From Myxococcota bacterium (lineage in GTDB: Bacteria > Myxococcota_A > Polyangia > Polyangiales > Sandaracinaceae): DNA of 11,576 nucleotides. The notes beneath the pieces are model-generated. The model saw nothing but the letters and a program-made list of their open reading frames with translations. It did not search any database and was not told the origin of the DNA. Both the position numbers and the translations under genes were made by a program. This document shows positions 1 through 5,493 of this stretch, one piece after another; positions within the stretch are counted from its first letter, which is position 1, and each line of letters begins with the position of its first letter. The stretch is taken from NCBI GenBank assembly GCA_036149055.1, contig JAYZQJ010000066.1, positions 1 to 11,576 on the forward strand, in the 5' to 3' direction.

Positions 1-127
1 GGGGGCCCCATTGGCGCTTTGCCCAATGGGGGGAGGGTTTGCACCAAACCCTCCAGCAAGAAGCAGCGGGAGGGGGGCCCCATTGGCGCTTTGCCCAATG
101 GGGGGAGGGTTTGCACCAAACCCTCCA
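1..127. repeat. Tandem direct repeat: two identical 55-bp units (1-55, 73-127; period 72), each with two hairpins; REP/BIME-like; may extend left of the window
   Basis: Unit GGGGGCCCCATTGGCGCTTTGCCCAATGGGGGGAGGGTTTGCACCAAACCCTCCA occurs twice, separated by 17 nt (GCAAGAAGCAGCGGGAG). Stems in copy 1: CCCCATTGG/CCAATGGGG (6-14/23-31) and GGAGGGTTTG-CAC-CAAACCCTCC (32-54). Lies 6 bp downstream of the stop codon of the 134-1234 gene. Confidence 0.9.
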
Positions 128-133
128 ATAAAC

Positions 134-1234
134 TCAGGGGAACGGGAAGGGGAAGCCGCCGTCGGGCATGCCGCCGTCGCCGAAGCCGCCGCCGCCGGTG
201 CACATGGCGCCGAAGAACGGGATCTCCTCGCCGCAGCACACGCCGACCTCGCCGCCGCCCGGGCCACCCGGGAAGCCGCCGCCGCCGCTGACCACGCAGC
301 TCTCCTCCTCGGCGGCGTCGCACATCACGCCGCAGCCACAGTTGGAGTCGGTGTTGGCCACGCAGGCGTCGTCGCAGCAGCTCTCGCCGAGGTCCCCGGG
401 CGCGGGGAACATGCCGGCCGTCGGCGCGCGGCAAGCCGGGCTGGTGCCGCAGCGGCAGCTGCCGTCGACGCAGGTGGGGCCGTTCGAGCCGCAGACGTTG
501 CCGCAGCCGCCGCAGTTCATCGGGTCGTCGGTCACGTCCACGCAGCTCCCGCCGCAGCAGGCCTGCCCGGCGCCGCACGCCGCGCCGCTCGCGCCGCACA
601 CGCAGCTGCCGCCCGAGCAGGACTCGCCCTCGGCGCAGGCGTTGCCGAGCGCGCCACAGTTGCGCGGGTCGGTGGAGAGGCTGACGCACTGGAAGGTGCC
701 GTCGCTGTTGGTGCAGACCTCACCGGCCAGGCACTGGGGGAACTCGCCGCAGAGGCAGCGCGGCGCGCCCTCTCCGCCGCCGGGCACGCTGCAGGAGCTG
801 GCGCGCTCCATGTCGCAGGCGATACCGCAGCCGTTGCAGTTCTGGAACGACGAGTCGGTGCGCTGGTCGCCGGTGGGCGACGAGCGGCGCACACAGCTGG
901 TGCCGCAGCAGCGCTCGTCCACCGTGCACTCGGGGCGGCAGTCGCCGCCGCCCCCGCCGCCGCCGTCGCGGCCGGTCGTGCCGGAGTCGAACGGGCCGCC
1001 CGGCATGCAGGTGCCCGTCTGGCAGACGCCCGAGGGGCACTGGATGCCGCACCCGCCGCAGTTGTTCGGATCGTTGCTCAGCACGGTGCACGCGCCTTCG
1101 CAGCAGTCCATGAAGTCGCCGCAGGCGGGGTCACACGTGCTCCCGCCCGGATTCTCGGCGCACCCCGCGGCGAGAACCCCCGACGCCAGCACGAAGAACG
1201 CCGCCAGCCCAACCTTGCTCGGATCCCAATTCAT
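134..1234 (-). CDS. Cysteine-rich lipoprotein with ~5 Stig1-like (DPxNCGxCGxxC) repeats, myxobacterial surface-protein type
   Basis: 366 aa; signal peptide ending in lipobox LAAGC; repeats NDPNNCGGCGIQC, SFQNCNGCGIAC, TDPRNCGALGNAC, DDPMNCGGCGNVC, TDSNCGCGVMC; RBS GAGGTG 8 nt upstream of the ATG; GC-rich third codon positions in this frame. Confidence 0.85.
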   Translation of the reverse strand: MNWDPSKVGLAAFFVLASGVLAAGCAENPGGSTCDPACGDFMDCCEGACTVLSNDPNNCGGCGIQCPSGVCQTGTCMPGGPFDSGTTGRDGGGGGGGDCRPECTVDERCCGTSCVRRSSPTGDQRTDSSFQNCNGCGIACDMERASSCSVPGGGEGAPRCLCGEFPQCLAGEVCTNSDGTFQCVSLSTDPRNCGALGNACAEGESCSGGSCVCGASGAACGAGQACCGGSCVDVTDDPMNCGGCGNVCGSNGPTCVDGSCRCGTSPACRAPTAGMFPAPGDLGESCCDDACVANTDSNCGCGVMCDAAEEESCVVSGGGGFPGGPGGGEVGVCCGEEIPFFGAMCTGGGGFGDGGMPDGGFPFPFP

Positions 1235-1443
1235 CTCGACATCACCTCGAACTGCATACGAAGAAGGGTCCGCCCCCCCTGCGCCAAAGCGGAGGTCAGC
1301 CTACGCCCGATCCCGCCGACGCCGAAACGTCACGGGGACTCGGAGGTGAGGGTGCTCACTCACGACTTCGCCCTGGAATCACGGCACAATTCGCCGTGCG
1401 GGGCCCAGCCGGGTCGGCTGTCAGCGGGGTGTAAGCGTTTCTC

Positions 1444-1914
<471 letters not shown>

Positions 1915-1988
1915 GGCTCCTCCGATTTTCGAGCGGCGGGAGGATAGCCCCTTCACCCGGCCCTGCGGCGGCCGTTGTGGCTCGGCAT

Positions 1989-3440
1989 ATGAGGATGCAC
2001 GTCCGAGCAGTGATCTACCTTCTCCCGGCCCTCGCGCTCGCGCTGCCCAGCGTCGCGTCGGCCGACGCCGCTGCCCGTCGAGAGCTCCGCGCCATCGCGA
2101 ACGAGCTGCATCGGTACGACGTGGGCGGCGGCACCCAAGACCTCTTGCGTCGGTTGACCGACGTGATCGCGCGCTCCGAGGGCGCCGACTCGCGGGAGGC
2201 TCGCTTCCTCCGCGCGGTCGCCGCCTCCGATATGGTGCTGATCTCCCACGGGCAAGGCCGCTCGCGCCTCCGGGCCGACGTGGCCGGCGCGCTCGGCGTC
2301 GAGGCCGACCGCCTGGTGCCGTTTCTCCAGCAGGAGCTCGCGAGCCTCGACATGGGCGTCTACGCCGACGTCGCGGGAGACTGCGCCTGGGCGCTCGAGG
2401 CGGTCGAGCGACGCCTGGACGATCCCCGCTTCCTGCACGACGGCAGCGGCGAGCGCCGCGACGTGCTCTACGTGAACGCGGTGGTCGACGCGCTCGGCCA
2501 GCCCGACGAGACCGCCCAGCTCTCGGCGCTCGGAGAGACGGTCTGCGCCGAGGGCGAGGCCAACTGCGCCGCCTCCGCCTTCAGCGAGTCGGGGCAGCGC
2601 GCGATCGGCGCCCTCCGCGAGGCGAACGCCGCGCTGAGCCGCCTCGAGCGGATCAGCGAGACGGGCGAGCCCCTCCTCGCCTCGCTCGCGGCCCTCGTCG
2701 CGGTCGACGGCGCGGTCCTTCGGAGCAGCGCGATCCGGCCGACGCCCAGCGTGCCGCTCGAGATGGGCGTGCACGGGGTCGGCAGCCGCGGCACCGAGGC
2801 GAGCAGCGACGTGGTCTTCGTCGTGGACGCGAGCGGCATCCGCTACTCCCACGTGCCCACGGTGCGGATCGCCCGCGGCGAGGTCGTGCTCGAGGCGACG
2901 GCCAGCCCCGCCCTCCCCGCCTGGGGCAGCATCCCCTTCCGTGACGACGGCCGCGCCGCGGTGATGCCCTACGACGCGCTGATCGCGCCGCTCGAGGCGG
3001 TGTCCCGCGAGGTCCCCGGCGCGCGCGTCGGGCTCGCGGCCAGCTCCGGCGTGCCCTCCATCCAGATCTCCCGGGTGCTCCTCAGCATGGTCCGCGCCGG
3101 CATGAGCGGCCCCGCCCTCCTCGGCCGCGGCCAGAGCGGCGAGCTTCGCAGCCTGCCGGTCGAGCTCCGCATGGGCGACGACCAGAGCCAGCCGGTGGAG
3201 CTCTTCGTCCGCATGGGCGGCTACACCCTCGAGCGCCGGGGTCGGTCCCTGGACATCCCCCGCGTGCGCGACGAGGCCGGCCTGCACTTCGACGTGGCCG
3301 CGCTCGAGCGCGCCGCGCGCGACCACGGCGATTCGCCGGCGGCCCTCCGCTACATGGGCGTCGTCGAGTGGGGTGTCGTCCTCGACGCCGCCTTCCACCT
3401 CCGCTCCGAGCCCGGCGACCTCCACCTCGTGCTGTATTGA
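1989..3440 (+). CDS. Secreted hypothetical protein; helical N-terminal region plus two possible ExbD/TolR-like periplasmic domains
   Basis: Long ORF with strong GC3 bias; Sec signal MHVRAVIYLLPALALALPSVASA|D. Start may be ATG 1989 or ATG 1995. The domain call rests on visual resemblance only. Confidence 0.75.
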   Translation: MRMHVRAVIYLLPALALALPSVASADAAARRELRAIANELHRYDVGGGTQDLLRRLTDVIARSEGADSREARFLRAVAASDMVLISHGQGRSRLRADVAGALGVEADRLVPFLQQELASLDMGVYADVAGDCAWALEAVERRLDDPRFLHDGSGERRDVLYVNAVVDALGQPDETAQLSALGETVCAEGEANCAASAFSESGQRAIGALREANAALSRLERISETGEPLLASLAALVAVDGAVLRSSAIRPTPSVPLEMGVHGVGSRGTEASSDVVFVVDASGIRYSHVPTVRIARGEVVLEATASPALPAWGSIPFRDDGRAAVMPYDALIAPLEAVSREVPGARVGLAASSGVPSIQISRVLLSMVRAGMSGPALLGRGQSGELRSLPVELRMGDDQSQPVELFVRMGGYTLERRGRSLDIPRVRDEAGLHFDVAALERAARDHGDSPAALRYMGVVEWGVVLDAAFHLRSEPGDLHLVLY

Positions 3441-3892
3441 TCTGGGCGGGGTCGGGTCCGACCCCTCCCCCCCGCTGCGCCGTCAGACCCGTCCCCGCTG
3501 CGGGTGCTCCGCACCCTCCGCAGGGACGGGTCAGCCGGCTCCGCGGGGCCCCCCCAACCCACTCCGGGGCCGTCGCTGCGCTCGGCCCCGACCCCATCGC
3601 GGGGCGCTGGGTCCCCTGCGGCTCGCGCTCGCGCTGCGCGCGAGCTGGCCGCCCGCTGCCACGGGATCGGACCTACGGGGTGGCGCGTGCGGCGACCTCG
3701 CTTCGCTCGTCGCCTGCCGTCCTCCTGGTCCAGTCGAGGTGGGGGCGCCGCGGGACGCCGGTGGCCTCTGCCAAGTCTCGAATCGTCGGGCACGGCGCTC
3801 TGCCCCCGCCCGCTGCGCCGGCACGAGGGTTTTCCCTTACCTCCGTGGCGGCCCTGAACTGGACCAGCGCGCGGCGGCTCTCCTGCCGCCGC
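3441..3892. repeat. Highly structured intergenic palindromic element (stacked hairpins; REP/MITE-like or structured ssDNA/RNA)
   Basis: Stems: GGGGTCGG/CCGACCCC (3448-3465), GACCCGTCCC/GGGACGGGTC (3486-3532), CGGGGCCG/CGGCCCCG (3565-3590), GCTCGC/GCGAGC (3627-3645), GGCGAC/GTCGCC (3691-3714), CTGGTCCAGT/ACTGGACCAG (3725-3734/3858-3867), GCGGCGGC/GCCGCCGC (3871-3892). Seven GCTNCGC motifs. No credible ORF. Confidence 0.7.
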
Positions 3893-3899
3893 CCTCGCG

Positions 3900-3928
3900 T
3901 TGACGGCTCGTCACCCGGCCGCTACCGT
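3900..3928 (+). promoter_or_regulatory. Predicted sigma70-type promoter of the SDR gene
   Basis: TTGACG (3900-3905) - 17 nt - TACCGT (3923-3928), 20 nt upstream of ATG 3949. Confidence 0.55.
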
Positions 3929-3948
3929 CCCCGCGCTTTTCGCGGGAC

Positions 3949-4665
3949 ATGCAGCTACGTGGCAAGAGAGCGTTGATGACGGGCGTGACCGGTGGGCTGG
4001 GGCCCGCTCTGGTCGAGGCCTTTCTCGCGCTCGGCGCGGAGGTGCTGGCCGCGGGTCGGCGGCGCACGGCGCTCGACGATCTCCGGGCCGGGGTCGCGCA
4101 TCACGAGCGGCTGCACACCGCGGAGTGCGATCTCACGGATCCCGCGGGGACCGAGGCGCTCTTCGACGCGTGGAGCCGCAAGGGCGATCCCGACGTGGTC
4201 GTGCACGCGGCCGGGGCCTGGGAGGACGGGGCGCTCGAGACGCAGAGCGACGACGCGGTCGCGCAGATCGTCTCGGACAACCTCACGTCGGCCGCGCTGG
4301 TGCTCCGCGCCGCGCTCCGGCGCATGCGCCCTCGCGGCCGGGGCAGCGTGGTGGTGATCGCGGCGTCGCGCGCCGAGGAGCCCGACGCGAACGAGGCGCT
4401 CTTCGGCGCGGCCAAGGCCGGCGTCGTGCACCTGGTCGAGGCGACGGCGCGGCAGAGCGGCGGCGTGCGCATCAACGCCGTGCTGCCCGGCGTGCTCGAC
4501 ACCGCCCAGAACCGCGAGTGCCAGAACCGCGAGTGGGAGAGCCGCGAGAAGCTGCCGCGAGAGGTCAGCGCGCGGGTGGCGCCCGCCGAGGTCGCGAGGG
4601 CCGCGCTGTGGCTCGCCAGCGACGAGAGCGGCGGCGTCAACGGCGCGCGAGTACGCGTCGCCTGA
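3949..4665 (+). CDS. Short-chain dehydrogenase/reductase (classical SDR fold) with atypical FxxxK active site
   Basis: 238 aa; TGVTGGLG NAD(P)-binding motif; HAAG at the NNAG position; VIAAS catalytic Ser region; FGAAK at the YxxxK position; RINAVLPG; GVNG near the C-terminus. Confidence 0.92.
   Translation: MQLRGKRALMTGVTGGLGPALVEAFLALGAEVLAAGRRRTALDDLRAGVAHHERLHTAECDLTDPAGTEALFDAWSRKGDPDVVVHAAGAWEDGALETQSDDAVAQIVSDNLTSAALVLRAALRRMRPRGRGSVVVIAASRAEEPDANEALFGAAKAGVVHLVEATARQSGGVRINAVLPGVLDTAQNRECQNREWESREKLPREVSARVAPAEVARAALWLASDESGGVNGARVRVA
4507..4551 (+). repeat. In-frame 15-bp tandem repeat inside the SDR gene (QNREC-QNREW-ESREK)
   Basis: CCAGAACCGCGAGTG repeated exactly at 4506-4520 and 4521-4535, followed by a degenerate third copy. 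Confidence 0.85.
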
Positions 4666-4752
4666 GCCGCGCGAGAGTTTGGTTGGGGGGGACGGGCGAT
4701 GGACGCCCGATGAGATGGTTGGAATGGGGCCTCGCCCCACATGGAGGATCGG

Positions 4753-5427
4753 ATGAGTCGGATTGGAACTTTGATGGTTTGCGCGGCCATGCTCGCGCTC
4801 GGCTTCGGCTGCGACGACGGCCGCGGCGGTGACGAGGACGGCGGCGGCATCGTCCTCATGGACAGCGGCCCGGACACCACGCCTGACACCGGCACCCCGC
4901 CCCCGCCCCGCGACAGCGGCGTGACTCCGGCGGGCTGCGAGATCAGCTCGTTCAGCGCGCTCCCGGCGGGATGCCTGCCGCGCTGCGCGAACTCGACGAT
5001 CGGCGTGATCAACGCCTGCCCCGATCCGAGCACGGATCAGGAGGGCTACCAGATGTGCCTCGAGGAGGCGCTCATGAACGACGCCTACCCCGACGGGTCG
5101 GTGACCTTCCCCGACGGCAGCATGCAGCCGATCGACTGCGACTTCTGCTGGAACTGGCAGGTGCAGAGCTGCATCGCCGAGACCTGCCCCTCCGAGTTCA
5201 TGGCGTGGGCCATGTGTGACTCGATGACGATGGACTGCAGCGCGCAGACCACCGCCATCAACGAGTGCATCATGATGAACGGCTCGGCCATCAACTCCTG
5301 CGCGAACCCCCGCGTGAGCGCTTGCTTCGACATGGGCTCCGGCTTCCTGCCGAGCTTCGAGGGTCCGCAGTTCCAGCTCAGCGTCCAGCGCACGCACGAG
5401 CTGATCCGCATGGTCCCCGGCTTCTGA
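4753..5427 (+). CDS. Small cysteine-rich lipoprotein of unknown function
   Basis: 224 aa from ATG 4753 with GGAGG at 4743-4747; signal MSRIGTLMVCAAMLALGFG|C; Asp/Gly/Pro linker followed by 14 further Cys; strong GC3 bias. Confidence 0.82.
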   Translation: MSRIGTLMVCAAMLALGFGCDDGRGGDEDGGGIVLMDSGPDTTPDTGTPPPPRDSGVTPAGCEISSFSALPAGCLPRCANSTIGVINACPDPSTDQEGYQMCLEEALMNDAYPDGSVTFPDGSMQPIDCDFCWNWQVQSCIAETCPSEFMAWAMCDSMTMDCSAQTTAINECIMMNGSAINSCANPRVSACFDMGSGFLPSFEGPQFQLSVQRTHELIRMVPGF

Positions 5428-5446
5428 GCTCGAACGAGCTCGACTG

Positions 5447-5480
5447 GACGGCCTCGCTCGGACTTCCGAGCGGGGCCGTC
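5447..5480. terminator. Hairpin between convergent genes, probable bidirectional terminator or 3'-end stabiliser
   Basis: GACGGCCTCGCTCGGA-CT-TCCGAGCGGGGCCGTC: 16-nt arms with one G-U/mismatch, in the 66-bp gap between stops at 5427 and 5494. No clear poly-U tail. Confidence 0.65.
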
Positions 5481-5493
5481 GTCGTTCAGGCTC

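Noticed and set aside
1..127. CRISPR array
   Set aside because: Only two units visible; the 55-bp repeat with a 17-bp linker is outside typical CRISPR geometry; no cas genes in the window. Cannot be fully excluded without upstream sequence.
1235..1443. sigma54 promoter or structured RNA upstream of the Stig1-like gene
   Set aside because: Only short 5-6 bp stems (GTGAG/CTCAC, CACGGC/GCCGTG) and no properly spaced GG-N10-GC consensus that I could support.
1953..3425. 490-aa minus-strand ORF and 1829-2944 + ORF
   Set aside because: Shadow or alternate frames of the 1989-3440 gene, as expected in high-GC DNA where stop codons are rare.
3441..3892. tRNA, tmRNA, SRP/RNase P RNA or known riboswitch
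   Set aside because: I found no T-loop/D-loop, CCA end or other diagnostic motif. An Rfam search would be needed to exclude less familiar families.
3350..3976. Several 97-202 aa ORFs across the structured intergenic region
   Set aside because: Arg/Pro/Ala-rich, no codon bias, RBS or motifs; the sequence is better explained by hairpins.
3955..5397. 480-aa and 310-aa minus-strand ORFs
   Set aside because: Antisense to the SDR and the lipoprotein, both of which have clear motifs.
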